Shown: positions 35,054-47,012, counted from the first letter of the stretch. The stretch: DNA of 64,000 nucleotides from an uncultured Nitrospiraceae bacterium (GCA_963730935.1 CAVSTP010000003.1:192001-256000); one strand, 5' to 3'. The notes: generated from the letters alone by a model not told the origin. Numbers and translations: made by a program.

Positions 35054-35482
35054 TTGGGCACAGGGATCTACCCCAAGGCGACCGTTCTGAATCGGTTTAT
35101 TGCCAAGCTGATCGATGTGTTTCTCGCAGCAGCGGCGACGGAAGTCATTGCTTCTGTGGGTTTCCTTGCAGGGGCAGCCTATCTGTTCGTTGCGGACGGA
35201 TTTGCAGGCGGTCGAAGCATCGGAAAGCGGCTCATCGGGCTTCAGACGGTGCTGCCTGAGATCCGTGAACCGGCTGGATTTCGGGAATCCATCATCCGCA
35301 ATATTCCTTTTGCGGTGGCCCAGTTGCTCTTTGCCGTTCCCTATGTCGGGTGGCTGGCTTCGGCGGCGATTGTCGGCTTTGAAGCGGTCTTGATCATTGG
35401 CAACGAGCAGGGGCGCCGTTTGGGCGACGAATTGGCTGGGACGCAGGTACTGGATGCCGGCCGGTTGGCCTTGCCCGACTAG
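35054..35482 (+). CDS. RDD family membrane protein (start uncertain)
   Basis: RFIAKLID, GRSIGKRLIGL, IIRN, RRLGDELAGTQV. Confidence 0.8.
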   Translation: MGTGIYPKATVLNRFIAKLIDVFLAAAATEVIASVGFLAGAAYLFVADGFAGGRSIGKRLIGLQTVLPEIREPAGFRESIIRNIPFAVAQLLFAVPYVGWLASAAIVGFEAVLIIGNEQGRRLGDELAGTQVLDAGRLALPD

Positions 35483-35522
35483 CAGGGAGCGTGGGCGTTC
35501 CCGGCTCCGTTGGGCGGTCTAG

Positions 35523-36584
<1,062 letters not shown>

Positions 36585-36601
36585 GGGTTCCATCCCGATA
36601 C

Positions 36602-37489
36602 ATGTGGATGGTCAACGTGCGTTCTCCCCACGGTGCTAGGCGTCTGGCGCTAGGAATGTTTGCCCTTCTCCTGGCGGCCCTCCTCCTGTTCCCAGGACAA
36701 AGTCAGGGATTGTTCGACTATCTCGACGGGCCGGTGGGTCAGCTGGTCCGTCTGCCGCTCGAAGCCGTGTCCTCGCTCGATCAAGGCATCTCCGCGATGT
36801 GGCACCAGTACGTGTCCCTGCAACACGTCGCCGATGAAAATCGTCGACTGAAGCAGGAAATGGACTGGCTGCGCGGGGAGAACAACCAATTGCGCGAAGC
36901 GGCCTCTGCCACACAGCGACTCACGTCCCTGCTTCAGTTCAGGGAACAGGCCTTGCCAGCCATGGTGGCCGCTCAGGTCATCGGGCGCGACTCGAGCAAC
37001 CGCTATAGATCGGTCATTCTCAACAAAGGGGAAAGCGACGGGATTCAGAAAGATATGGGTGTGATTACTCCGGCGGGTGTTGTCGGCCGTGTGGTGAAAA
37101 TCACCGGGGCCACCTCGGTCGTGCTGCTGCTAACTGATCCCAACAATGCCATTGCCGGGTTGATCCAGCGTACGAGAGACGAAGGCATCGTCGAGGGCGT
37201 GCCTCAAGGCCGGGCCAAATTGAAGTATATTCCCATGCTGTCGGCCGTCAAAGAAGGAGATCGTGTGGTGACATCAGGCTTGGTGGGTGGCTTCCCGCGC
37301 GGGCTGGCCATCGGGACCATTACCGCAATTGACCGCGAGGAGGGCGCCCTCTTTCAAACCGCCGAACTCGCCCTCGAAGTGGATGTGAACCGTGTAGAAG
37401 AGGTATTGGTCATTCAAGCGCCCCACAGTCCGTCCGCGGACCAGCCAACAACACCAAAACCTGGTCCCGTAACGAAACCACAGCCATGA
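36602..37489 (+). CDS. mreC: Rod shape-determining protein MreC
   Basis: TM, coiled coil, AQVIGRD, NKG..DG, GVVGRV, VVTSG.GG.FPRG. Confidence 0.93.
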   Translation: MWMVNVRSPHGARRLALGMFALLLAALLLFPGQSQGLFDYLDGPVGQLVRLPLEAVSSLDQGISAMWHQYVSLQHVADENRRLKQEMDWLRGENNQLREAASATQRLTSLLQFREQALPAMVAAQVIGRDSSNRYRSVILNKGESDGIQKDMGVITPAGVVGRVVKITGATSVVLLLTDPNNAIAGLIQRTRDEGIVEGVPQGRAKLKYIPMLSAVKEGDRVVTSGLVGGFPRGLAIGTITAIDREEGALFQTAELALEVDVNRVEEVLVIQAPHSPSADQPTTPKPGPVTKPQP

Positions 37490-37992
37490 AGAAGTTTTTC
37501 GGATACGGCGGGCTGGTGTTACTTCTCGTGCCTGTCCAAACCACGTTGCTCCCGCATGTGGCCATTTGGGATATCAAGCCCGATCTTGGGCTCGTCCTCG
37601 CGGCGCTCATTGGAGTGCTCGCGGGCGAGTTGGAAGGTCTCATAGTGGGGTTGGCGATCGGATGGATCCTCAATTTGTATTCGGCCGGCGATCTCTGGTT
37701 GAATCTCGTCACGACCGGCGGGGCCGGACTGTTTGCCGGGTTGTTGGCCAGACAGGTTGCCGAAATCACCCCGACGATTTTGGCCGTCGGGCTGCTCTTG
37801 CTGTCGTTGGCCGGTGGTCTGGTGGCTGTGTTGAACATGAAGCATGCGACGATGGCTGACACGTGGTGGATGGTGCAGTTCGTGGTGGTGCCGCAAGCCT
37901 GCTTTGACGCCGCCGTGGGCGCCGGCCTACTCTGGTTTCTCGAGCAGCGGGTCGCTCTGCCACGCTTCGGGATATTGGATCGGTACTCGTAA
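37486..37992 (+). CDS. mreD: Rod shape-determining protein MreD
   Basis: Multi-TM protein with KPDL motif between mreC and mrdA. Confidence 0.8.
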   Translation: MKKFFGYGGLVLLLVPVQTTLLPHVAIWDIKPDLGLVLAALIGVLAGELEGLIVGLAIGWILNLYSAGDLWLNLVTTGGAGLFAGLLARQVAEITPTILAVGLLLLSLAGGLVAVLNMKHATMADTWWMVQFVVVPQACFDAAVGAGLLWFLEQRVALPRFGILDRYS

Positions 37993-38006
37993 ATCAGTGA
38001 AATCCC

Positions 38007-39875
38007 ATGGCGACCTCCACTTTACAGGATTCTGACTTTGCCGAACTGCAGCGCCGATTGTTGGTACTGCGGGTCGGATTGTTGCTCGTCGTGGCCTTGC
38101 TGGCCTTGCGGTTGTGGCATCTGCAGATTCGCGAGGGGCCATATTATCGCGACCTGTCGGAAAACAACCGCACCCGCTCCGTGATCTTGGAGCCGGCGCG
38201 CGGCCTCATCTACGACCGCAACGGCGTCTTACTGGCCAACAACGTGCCGAGCTTCAGTTTGTATGTCTCGCTCGAAGACGTCAAAGACCGTGAGGTCCTC
38301 ATTGACGAACTCAGCGCATTGATCGGGATTGATCCAGAACTCGTTCGTAAAAAATTGGCGGTACGCGGATCGAAGCAGCTGCCACGCAAAATCAAAGACC
38401 GGTTGACCTTGAAAGAAGCGACGTTGATCGAATCGCATCGTCTCGACCTGCCCGGCGTCATGGTTCAAGTCGAATCACGCCGCAATTATCTCGGCGGGAT
38501 GGCCGCGTCGCACGTCTTGGGCTATGTAGGCGAAGTCTCGGCGGAGCAGTTGGAAAAGCCGGAGTTTGCGGAATTGCACCAGGGCAGCATCGTCGGACAA
38601 TACGGCGTCGAAAAATTTTTCGATCAGATCGTTCGTGGATTGGCGGGGCAGAAAAGCGTTGAAGTCGATGCGTTGGGCCATGAGAAGCGGACCGTGCTGG
38701 TAGATCAACCCCATGCAGGAGATGACCTGTATCTGACGATCGACCTGCGGCTACAGAAAGTGGCGGAAGATCTCCTCGGGCAGGAGTCGGGTGCCATCGT
38801 CGCCCTAGACCCCACCAACGGCGACATCCTGGCGATGGCTAGCCGTCCGGGCTTCGACCCCAATGTGCTGTCGCGAGAATTGACACCGAAGCAGTGGGTC
38901 GAGATCGTGCAAGACGAAGGGCGGCCGTTGAACAACAGGGCCTCGCAGGGCCAGTACCCTCCCGGCTCCACGTTCAAAGTCATGATGGCCGCCGCCGCCC
39001 TTGAATCCAAGACGGTGACGCCTTCTTCAACCGTCTTCTGCAACGGAGGGTATCAATTCGGCCGGCGCGTGTATCATGACTGGAAAGCCACCGGACACGG
39101 CTCGGTCGATCTGCGCAAAGCGCTGATCCATTCGTGCGATGTCTATTTCTACACCGTCGGACAGCGTATGGGCATCGATACCATGGCCTCCTATGCGCAT
39201 CAGTTCGGTCTCGGCGAAGAAACCGGCGTCGAACTGCCGTCCGAGCGGATCGGCATTGTGCCCTCGACGGAATGGAAGCAGAAGGCGAAGCACGAACCGT
39301 GGTTGCCTGGTGAAACGATTTCCGCAGCGATCGGCCAGGGGTATGTCACGGTCACGCCGCTGCAGATGGCCAGCCTGATCGGTACGGTGGCCAATGACGG
39401 GGTGACGTATCGGCCGCGCTTGGTGCAGGCGATCATGGATCGGACGACGGGACAGCTCCAGCAGTTGCCGACGGTGGCCAAAGCCAAATTGAACGTGAAG
39501 CCGGACACGCTGAAGTTGATTCGAGAAGCGTTGGCTGCCGTGGTGACGGAAGGCACCGGCGGAAGAGCCAAGTCCTCTCTCGTGACGATCGGGGGAAAGA
39601 CGGGTACGGCGCAGACCGCCGCACTCCGAACGGGCCCGGAAAAGGACATTCCCAAGAAATTCAGAGACCATGCGTGGTTTGTGGCCTTCGCGCCTGTCGA
39701 GAACCCCAAGATTGCGGTAGCCGTCCTAGCCGAACACATGGGCCATGGCGGTTCCGCGGCCGCCCCCCTTGCCAAGGAGCTCATCGAGACTTATATCAAA
39801 GTGACGGCGGCTAAACCTTCGACTCCCCCGGCTCCCACGACGCCAGCACAAGTGGCCAAGGCAGGGACGCCATGA
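38007..39875 (+). CDS. mrdA: Penicillin-binding protein 2
   Basis: RGLIYDRNG, PGSTFK (SxxK), SCDVYFY, GKTGTAQ. Confidence 0.95.
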   Translation: MATSTLQDSDFAELQRRLLVLRVGLLLVVALLALRLWHLQIREGPYYRDLSENNRTRSVILEPARGLIYDRNGVLLANNVPSFSLYVSLEDVKDREVLIDELSALIGIDPELVRKKLAVRGSKQLPRKIKDRLTLKEATLIESHRLDLPGVMVQVESRRNYLGGMAASHVLGYVGEVSAEQLEKPEFAELHQGSIVGQYGVEKFFDQIVRGLAGQKSVEVDALGHEKRTVLVDQPHAGDDLYLTIDLRLQKVAEDLLGQESGAIVALDPTNGDILAMASRPGFDPNVLSRELTPKQWVEIVQDEGRPLNNRASQGQYPPGSTFKVMMAAAALESKTVTPSSTVFCNGGYQFGRRVYHDWKATGHGSVDLRKALIHSCDVYFYTVGQRMGIDTMASYAHQFGLGEETGVELPSERIGIVPSTEWKQKAKHEPWLPGETISAAIGQGYVTVTPLQMASLIGTVANDGVTYRPRLVQAIMDRTTGQLQQLPTVAKAKLNVKPDTLKLIREALAAVVTEGTGGRAKSSLVTIGGKTGTAQTAALRTGPEKDIPKKFRDHAWFVAFAPVENPKIAVAVLAEHMGHGGSAAAPLAKELIETYIKVTAAKPSTPPAPTTPAQVAKAGTP

Positions 39876-40993
39876 TCGACCGGATGATGGACCGCCGGGG
39901 GCTCGACAACTTCGACCTGCGGTTTCTTGGCCTCATCTTTGCCATCCTATCGATCGGCGTGCTCTCGATTTACAGCGTCACCCATGATCAGGGCGGACCC
40001 GGGGTGCCTTTTTTTGCGAAGCAGCTGTTATGGATTCTGCTCGGAGCGGTGGCCTTCCTTATTATGCTGGTCTGGGACTACCACCGCATCGCACGATTAG
40101 CGTATCCTGCCTATGCAATAGTCTTGATCCTGTTGGCGGTTGTGCTCTTTGAGGGGAAGACGAGCCGTGGAGCCCAGCGCTGGATTCCCATCGGCCCCTT
40201 CGCCTTTCAGCCGTCGGAGTTTGCGAAGCTGGTGTTGATTCTCGTAATGGCTCATTATTATTCCAAAGCGCCCAGGGTCGGCTGGCTGCAGCGCGTGGTG
40301 ATTCCCGGCGCCTTGATGCTTCCCGGGTTGTTGTTGATTCTGAAGCAGCCAGATCTCGGCAGCGGTTTGAGCTTCATGGCCGTGTATGCCGCGATGCTGC
40401 TGATGGTGGGCATGCGCTCGCAGGCGTTAGGCGTGATCTTACTGTTTTCACTGATGCTCTTTCCCTTCGCGTGGGAGGCCATGTGGGGTTCGTTGCATGA
40501 TTACCAGCGCCAGCGCATCATGGCCTTCGTCGACCCGAACTATGACCCGGGCGGAAAGGGTTATCACGCGTTGCAGTCCCGGATCGCCATCGGCGCCGGA
40601 GAATTGACCGGCAAAGGGCTATACGGCGGCACACAGAGCCAATTGAAATTTCTCCCGGAAGGGCATACGGATTTCGTCTTTTCGGTATTTGCGGAAGAAT
40701 GGGGATTTCTCGGGGTGCTTGTTTTGCTCCTCTTGTTCGTCGCGCTGATCTGGCTGTCTCTGGAAATTGCGACGCGCGCGAAGGACGAGCTGGGCGCTCT
40801 CCTGGCGGTCGGCGTCATTGCGATGCTGTGTTTTTGCGTCGTCGTGAACATCGGCATGACCGCCGGCATGTTCCCAATCGTCGGCATCCCGCTTCCGCTG
40901 ATGAGTTACGGCGGCAGCGCCACCATCATGACGATGGCCTCGCTCGGGCTGTTGCTGAACGTGAAACGGCGGCGATTGAGTTTGTTTTATTAA
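39872..40993 (+). CDS. rodA: Rod shape-determining protein RodA
   Basis: GAQRWI, QPSEFAK, QPDLG, FLPEGHTDF, PLMSYGGS. Confidence 0.95.
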   Translation: MIDRMMDRRGLDNFDLRFLGLIFAILSIGVLSIYSVTHDQGGPGVPFFAKQLLWILLGAVAFLIMLVWDYHRIARLAYPAYAIVLILLAVVLFEGKTSRGAQRWIPIGPFAFQPSEFAKLVLILVMAHYYSKAPRVGWLQRVVIPGALMLPGLLLILKQPDLGSGLSFMAVYAAMLLMVGMRSQALGVILLFSLMLFPFAWEAMWGSLHDYQRQRIMAFVDPNYDPGGKGYHALQSRIAIGAGELTGKGLYGGTQSQLKFLPEGHTDFVFSVFAEEWGFLGVLVLLLLFVALIWLSLEIATRAKDELGALLAVGVIAMLCFCVVVNIGMTAGMFPIVGIPLPLMSYGGSATIMTMASLGLLLNVKRRRLSLFY

Positions 40994-40998
40994 AATGA

Positions 40999-41034
40999 GT
41001 GGCGGTCCATTGAGGTGCCGCCACCAATTTTTTT
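40999..41034 (+). terminator. Probable intrinsic terminator after rodA
   Basis: GTGGCGG...CCGCCAC hairpin followed by a T tract. Confidence 0.6.
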
Positions 41035-41145
41035 GATTGTGCGGATCATCGAATCGACGAGGACTTGAGTGACATCGGAACCTGGGTTCGCCCGCGTTCC
41101 ACCCTCACGTCGGTTCGAAGATTCTGCTGAACGGAAGGAGTCAGT

Positions 41146-42654
41146 ATGGGTGTGGAAATTGCGATAACCGTCGCACGGGAAGAAACCCGTGTTGCGGTGT
41201 TGGATAACGGCGTGGTCACGGATCTCTTCGGCGACCGCGCCAAGCACAAAGATTTTGTCGGGAACATCTATAAAGGCAAGGTGGCCAAGGTGTTGCCCGG
41301 CATGCAGGCCGCCTTTGTGGACATCGGCCTAGAAAAAGCGGCGTTCATGCATGTCTCGGACTTGTCTCTGGATGCGGAACCCAATGATACGTTGTTGGAT
41401 TCCGATGACGACGATAAGGACGGCGACGAAATGCGCCCCCGACGGGAAAGCAGCAAACCCATCGAACAGTTGCTCACCGAAGGACAGGAGTTGATGGTGC
41501 AGATTTCGAAAGGGCCGATTGGAACGAAAGGCCCTCGGGTGACGACGTATGTCTCGCTGCCCGGACGGTACTTGGTCTTCATGCCGAACGTGGAGCACAT
41601 CGGCGTCTCTCGCCGCATTGCTCGCGACGAAGAGCGTGCGCGGCTGAAGGACATCATGAAGCGGGTGCGCCACCCAGGCTGCGGGTACATCGTGCGGACG
41701 GTCAGCGAAGGGGTCAAGGAGGACGAATTGCGGTCCGACGTCGATTTCCTCCATGTCCTCTGGCAAGACATCAAGACCAAGCGCGATCAGCAGCCGGCGC
41801 CCGCCTTGTTGCATACCGATCTGAGTCTCAGCTTCCGCGTGGTCCGCGACCTCTTCGGCAAAAAGGTGGAGCGGCTGTGGATCGATTCCCGACAGGAATA
41901 CGATGCGGTGCGCGATTTCGTTCAGCGCTTCTCGCCGGAGCAGACGTCACGGATTCACTTTTATGACAAGGATGAAAGCCTGTTCGAGTACCTCGGCGTG
42001 GAGCAGGAAATGGCGCGGGCGTTGAGCCGCAAAGTCTGGCTCAAGTCAGGCGGTTATCTGGTGATCGATCATACGGAAGCGATGACCGTGATCGATGTGA
42101 ACACGGGCCGCTTCGTGGGAAAACGAGATCAGGAGGAAACGATTTTGCGCAACAATCTGGAAGCGGCCAAGGAGGTAGCCTACCAGGTGAAACTGCGCGG
42201 AATCGGCGGCATTATCATCGTCGATTTCATTGATATGGAGCGGGAGAAAAACCGGGACAAAGTCTACCACGCCTTGATGGATGCCATGGCGTCGGACAAG
42301 GCTCGGACCAGGGTCTCCCGCATCTCCGACCTTGGATTGATTGAAATTTCCCGCGAGCGCGTGCGCGAAGATCTGTTGCGCTCGCTCTCAGAACCCTGCC
42401 GCTACTGCGAAGGCCGAGGGTATACCAAGTCGCCGACGACGGTGGCGTATGAGATCTTCCGCGAGATCAGAAAAATCGGAAAAGCAAATGAACAGCAGCG
42501 GATCGTCGTGGGCGCCCATCCTTCCGTCGCTGGACTGCTTCAAGATGAGGAACGGCAGGGCGTTGAAGCCCTCGAGCGCGAATGCGCCGCCAAACTCCTT
42601 GTCATGCCGGATGAACAATTGCACCTAGAGCAATACGATCTCGTCGTAATGTAG
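41146..42654 (+). CDS. rng: Ribonuclease G (Rne/Rng family)
   Basis: GNIYKGKV..VLPGMQAAFVDIG, IDVNTG, GGIIIVDFIDM, CxxCxG. Confidence 0.92.
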   Translation: MGVEIAITVAREETRVAVLDNGVVTDLFGDRAKHKDFVGNIYKGKVAKVLPGMQAAFVDIGLEKAAFMHVSDLSLDAEPNDTLLDSDDDDKDGDEMRPRRESSKPIEQLLTEGQELMVQISKGPIGTKGPRVTTYVSLPGRYLVFMPNVEHIGVSRRIARDEERARLKDIMKRVRHPGCGYIVRTVSEGVKEDELRSDVDFLHVLWQDIKTKRDQQPAPALLHTDLSLSFRVVRDLFGKKVERLWIDSRQEYDAVRDFVQRFSPEQTSRIHFYDKDESLFEYLGVEQEMARALSRKVWLKSGGYLVIDHTEAMTVIDVNTGRFVGKRDQEETILRNNLEAAKEVAYQVKLRGIGGIIIVDFIDMEREKNRDKVYHALMDAMASDKARTRVSRISDLGLIEISRERVREDLLRSLSEPCRYCEGRGYTKSPTTVAYEIFREIRKIGKANEQQRIVVGAHPSVAGLLQDEERQGVEALERECAAKLLVMPDEQLHLEQYDLVVM

Positions 42655-42720
42655 CAGGAACGCTCTCCCGGCAGAACCATGAGGCGGTGCAATCCTCCGT
42701 CCGTCTCCCTGTGAGGGATC

Positions 42721-43863
42721 ATGAATCGTGTGGCCGATCGCTTTTCCTCGTCCGCGTCGCTCGAAGCGTGGATGAAGCTTCGTGCCATTGAAGGAGTGGG
42801 CGATCACATCGTGCTGGCGCTCGTGCGGGAATGGCAGAGCCCCGATGCGGTGCTTCGCGCATCGGCCGGCGATCTGATTGAGAGAGGCTGCAGCGCCAGA
42901 CTTGCCGAGAAGATCGTCCGCGGGCCGGATCGCGACGCCTGCCGGCGCATTGCCAGTGAACTCCATGACATCGAGCGGACGGGCATCGAGGTGCGGAGCA
43001 TGCTGGATGCGAATTATCCTGCGCGGCTTCTCATGATTCCCGATCCGCCTCCTCTCCTGTACGTTGCCGGGTCATTGCAAGCGTCGGACGAGCTGGCTAT
43101 TGCGGTGGTCGGCGCACGCCGCGGAACAGCGGCCGGGCGTGTGGTGACGGAACAGTTGGCCGGCGGCTTGGCTGAGGCTGGGTTCACGATCGTCAGCGGG
43201 TTGGCACGAGGCGTCGATGCAGCCGCGCATCGAGGCGCGCTTGCGGCCGGCGGTCGAACCGTCGCTGTGCTCGGCTGCGGTCTTGGACGAACGTACCCGC
43301 AAGAGCATCAGCGGCTTCGTGACGAGATCGAAGAGCACGGTGCCGTGGTATCAGAACTATCCTTCGACGCCCCTCCACACAGCGGGCATTTCCCGCGCAG
43401 AAACCGGATCATCAGCGGTCTGTCGTTCGGCGTGATCGTGACCGAAGCTGCGATCGACAGCGGCTCATTGATTACGGCACGGTTGGCCGCCGACCAGGGG
43501 AGAGAGGTCTTTGCGGTTCCCGGATTCGTGAACGAAGAAACGAGCCGCGGTACGCATGCCTTGATCAAAGAAGGGGCCACCTTGGTGGAACAGGCGCAAG
43601 ATGTGATAGATGTCATTGCACCACAGCTCGAACCGGCGATGCGATCGCGCGTGTCGGCCGTACGCACGCCGCACGTTCCCGTCGAGAATTTTGGAAATCA
43701 TGAACGGGTGGTGTACGATGCGCTCTCGTACGAACCGCTTACCGTGGACCATCTTCTCGAGCGGACGCGGTTGCCGGTGCCCTCAGTGATGGCGTCGTTG
43801 TTGTCGCTTGAGCTTCGGCGACGCGTGCGACAACTGCCCGGGCAACGGTATCTGAGAATGTAA
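42721..43863 (+). CDS. dprA: DNA processing protein DprA
   Basis: YP..L..IPDPPPLLY, IVSGLARGVD, FPRRNRIISG, SGSLITA. Confidence 0.95.
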   Translation: MNRVADRFSSSASLEAWMKLRAIEGVGDHIVLALVREWQSPDAVLRASAGDLIERGCSARLAEKIVRGPDRDACRRIASELHDIERTGIEVRSMLDANYPARLLMIPDPPPLLYVAGSLQASDELAIAVVGARRGTAAGRVVTEQLAGGLAEAGFTIVSGLARGVDAAAHRGALAAGGRTVAVLGCGLGRTYPQEHQRLRDEIEEHGAVVSELSFDAPPHSGHFPRRNRIISGLSFGVIVTEAAIDSGSLITARLAADQGREVFAVPGFVNEETSRGTHALIKEGATLVEQAQDVIDVIAPQLEPAMRSRVSAVRTPHVPVENFGNHERVVYDALSYEPLTVDHLLERTRLPVPSVMASLLSLELRRRVRQLPGQRYLRM

Positions 43864-43950
43864 ACCTTCCATTTTCAGGCCGCCGGTTGCACTCATCTGC
43901 TATATTTGGTACGGATGTTACAGTAAGCTGTTTGCGAGATTGGAGTCGAC

Positions 43951-46290
43951 ATGGCGAAATCGCTGATCATCGTTGAGTCTCCCACCAAAGCCAAAACGAT
44001 CACCAAATACCTTGGACGAGGGTATACCGTGATGGCTTCGGTCGGACACATCAAGGATCTGCCGACCAGCAAACTGGGTGTAGATCTCGACCACAACTTC
44101 AAACCACAGTACGTGACGATCAAAGGCAAGTCCAAGGTTCTGGCCGATATCAAAAAGAAAGCGGAAGCCGCCGACAAAATCTTCCTTGCTCCGGACCCCG
44201 ACCGTGAAGGGGAGGCGATTGCCTGGCATCTTGCCGAAGAGCTGCGGGGAAAGTCGAAGAAGAAAAACGACGGGAGGGTGTTTCGCGTGCTCTTCAATGA
44301 GATCACCGAGCGGGCGATCAAGCAGGCGCTGCAGTCTCCCGGACAGATCGACATGAAGCTCGTGAACGCGCAACAGGCCCGGCGCGTCCTCGACCGCATC
44401 GTCGGCTATCAGGGCAGTCAGTTGTTGTGGAACAAGGTGCGCCGCGGGCTCTCGATGGGACGGGTGCAGTCGGTGGCCGTGCGGCTCATGTGCGAGCGAG
44501 AGGCTGAGCGGGAAGCGTTTCGTGCGGAAGAGTATTGGTCGATTACCGCCTTACTTACCGGGTCCAATCCTCCGCCGTTTGAAGCTAAGCTTCATAGTAT
44601 TAATGGTGAAGAGGCTTCGATCGGAAATGCCGAACAGGCCCAGCACGTCGTCAACGCGATTCAGGGGAAAGCCTTCGTCGTCACGTCGATCGAACGGAAG
44701 GAAAAGAAGCGGAACCCGGTGGCCCCATTCATCACGAGCCGTCTGCAGCAAGAGGCGGCCCGTAAGCTTCATTTCACGCCGAAGAAGACCATGACGCTCG
44801 CGCAGCAGCTGTACGAAGGCGTAGAAATCGGCTCTGAGGGCTCCACCGGACTCATCACGTACATGCGGACCGATTCGCCGCGGATCTCCCAGGAGGCGAT
44901 GACCGATGCCAGACAGGTCGTCCAAGAGCGGTTCGGCGCCGAGTATCTTCCGGACACACCGAACGTCTATAAGACCTCAAAGGCTGCCCAGGAAGCGCAT
45001 GAGGCCATCAGGCCCACGTCGGCGGCGCGGGATCCGGAATCGATCCGTGCCTATCTTGAGCAGGATCAGTACAACCTGTACAAATTGATTTGGAACCGGT
45101 TCATTGCCTCGCAAATGGTGCCGGCCATTTTGGATGTCACCCGCGTCGAATCTTCGCCGGTGGACACGACTGCCAGGTATCTGTTCCGTTCCAGCGGCAC
45201 CATCGTGAAGTTTCCGGGTCATACGATTGTGTACATGGAAGGCGTCGACAAGGAGCTCTTCGCGCAGAAACAAAAGCAGGAAGAGGAACCCGAGGACAGT
45301 GCTGAGCGGCAGCTGCCTGAATTAACGGAAGGCGAGCGGCTGCGCCTCGTTGAACAGGCCGAGCAGACCATCCCCGGCGTCACCTCCAAGCAACACTTCA
45401 CTCAACCGCCTCCACGCTACAATGAAGCCTTGTTGATCAAGGAGCTCGAGGAGAAGGGCATTGGACGGCCGTCGACTTATGCGGCCATTATTTCGACTAT
45501 TCAAGAACGGAAGTACGTCGAAAAAGTAGAGGGACGGTTTTTCCCGACTGAAACGGGAAGGACCGTCAACGATTTTCTGGTCAAGGGGTTTCCGGATGTC
45601 GTCAACGTCGATTTTACGTCACAGCTCGAAGCGGAGCTTGATGAAGTCGAAGAAGGCAACAAGCCCTGGGTGGATGCTGTGCGCGACTTTTATAACCCCT
45701 TCGCTGCCGACCTCGAGAAAGCGAAATCCATCCCGGGGCCGAAGGACACGGTCGAGCCTCCCACCGACATTCCCTGCGAGAAATGCGGCCGGATGATGGA
45801 AATCAAATGGGGACGCAACGGCAAGTTTCTGGCATGTCCCGGCTACAAGGACGATCCGCCCTGTAAAAACACCCAAAACTTTGAGAAGCTGCCCGACGGC
45901 ACGATCAAAATCATTCCGAAGCAGGAACTCACCACCGATCAGGTCTGCGAAAAATGCGGGAGCCCAATGGTGGTGAAGACCGGCCGTTTCGGGAAGTTCA
46001 TCGCATGCTCGGCCTATCCGGAATGCAAGACGACGAAACCTCTGGCGCTCGGTGTGAAATGCCCCCAGCCTGGTTGCGGAGGGGATCTTGTCCAGAAGCG
46101 AACGCGCAAGGGCCGTTCGTTCTTTGCCTGCAGCAAATATCCAGCCTGCGAATTTGCCTTGTGGGACCGTCCCATTCCCAAAGCCTGTCCGACCTGCAGC
46201 GCGCCTTTTCTTATCGAAAAAGTCAGCAAGCAAGCCGGCCGCAGCGTGCAATGCCGAAACGAGGACTGCGGTTACCGCGAAGCCGGATAG
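43951..46290 (+). CDS. topA: DNA topoisomerase I
   Basis: IVESPTKAKTI, DPDREGEAI, GRVQS, LITYMRTDS, C-terminal Zn ribbons. Confidence 0.97.
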   Translation: MAKSLIIVESPTKAKTITKYLGRGYTVMASVGHIKDLPTSKLGVDLDHNFKPQYVTIKGKSKVLADIKKKAEAADKIFLAPDPDREGEAIAWHLAEELRGKSKKKNDGRVFRVLFNEITERAIKQALQSPGQIDMKLVNAQQARRVLDRIVGYQGSQLLWNKVRRGLSMGRVQSVAVRLMCEREAEREAFRAEEYWSITALLTGSNPPPFEAKLHSINGEEASIGNAEQAQHVVNAIQGKAFVVTSIERKEKKRNPVAPFITSRLQQEAARKLHFTPKKTMTLAQQLYEGVEIGSEGSTGLITYMRTDSPRISQEAMTDARQVVQERFGAEYLPDTPNVYKTSKAAQEAHEAIRPTSAARDPESIRAYLEQDQYNLYKLIWNRFIASQMVPAILDVTRVESSPVDTTARYLFRSSGTIVKFPGHTIVYMEGVDKELFAQKQKQEEEPEDSAERQLPELTEGERLRLVEQAEQTIPGVTSKQHFTQPPPRYNEALLIKELEEKGIGRPSTYAAIISTIQERKYVEKVEGRFFPTETGRTVNDFLVKGFPDVVNVDFTSQLEAELDEVEEGNKPWVDAVRDFYNPFAADLEKAKSIPGPKDTVEPPTDIPCEKCGRMMEIKWGRNGKFLACPGYKDDPPCKNTQNFEKLPDGTIKIIPKQELTTDQVCEKCGSPMVVKTGRFGKFIACSAYPECKTTKPLALGVKCPQPGCGGDLVQKRTRKGRSFFACSKYPACEFALWDRPIPKACPTCSAPFLIEKVSKQAGRSVQCRNEDCGYREAG

Positions 46291-46535
46291 ACCCTCCCAC
46301 GACCTCCTTTCAGCTCTCTGTCCACTCCGTTGATTGATGTCGACTTGTCGATCATTCGGTATTTCTGTGCCTCGCGGCGATCCTTCGATCGAAATTGAGA
46401 ACTCATGTCGTCGAAACTGAGAGATGAAATCAAAACGGCGCCATCATGTGAGTTGACGTGTGAGCCCAGGGCATGCTGATAATAACTTAAGGGAATGAAA
46501 AAACGGCGTCTTACTCTTTCGGAAGGAGAACCATC

Positions 46536-47012
46536 ATGAAGGCAAAAGAAGGCGTGGTGAACATTCTCAATAAGATTCTTACGGCCGACTTGACGGCCAT
46601 CAATCAATACTTCGTCCATGGAAAGATGTGCGAAAATTGGGGATATGACCGCCTCTATCACAAGGTGAGGGAGCGCAGCATCGATGAGATGAAGGATGCA
46701 GACGAACTGATCGGCCACATTCTCTATCTGGAGGGTGTGCCGAACGTTCAGCGGATGAATACTGTCCACGTCGGGGAGACCGTGCCTGAACAGTTCAAGC
46801 TCGACTTAAAGGCTGAACAAGAGATGCTCGCCCTGTTGAATGACGGTGTCGTCCACTGCACAAAGGTGATGGATTTCACCACCCGACACATGCTCGAGGA
46901 TATGGCAAAGGACGTCGACGATCACATTGATTGGATCGAAACGCAGATGGAAACGATCAAGCAGATCGGGCTGGAAAACTACCTCGCCGAGCAGATCAAG
47001 AAAGAATCATAA
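46536..47012 (+). CDS. bfr: Bacterioferritin
   Basis: LTAINQYFVH, SIDEMKDAD.LI..ILYLEG.PN; heme Met present; some ferroxidase positions look substituted. Confidence 0.9.
   Translation: MKAKEGVVNILNKILTADLTAINQYFVHGKMCENWGYDRLYHKVRERSIDEMKDADELIGHILYLEGVPNVQRMNTVHVGETVPEQFKLDLKAEQEMLALLNDGVVHCTKVMDFTTRHMLEDMAKDVDDHIDWIETQMETIKQIGLENYLAEQIKKES

Noticed and set aside
46470..46495. Fur box upstream of bfr (GCTGATAATAACTTAAG)
   Set aside because: Only a half-site match, and the promoter spacing is unconvincing
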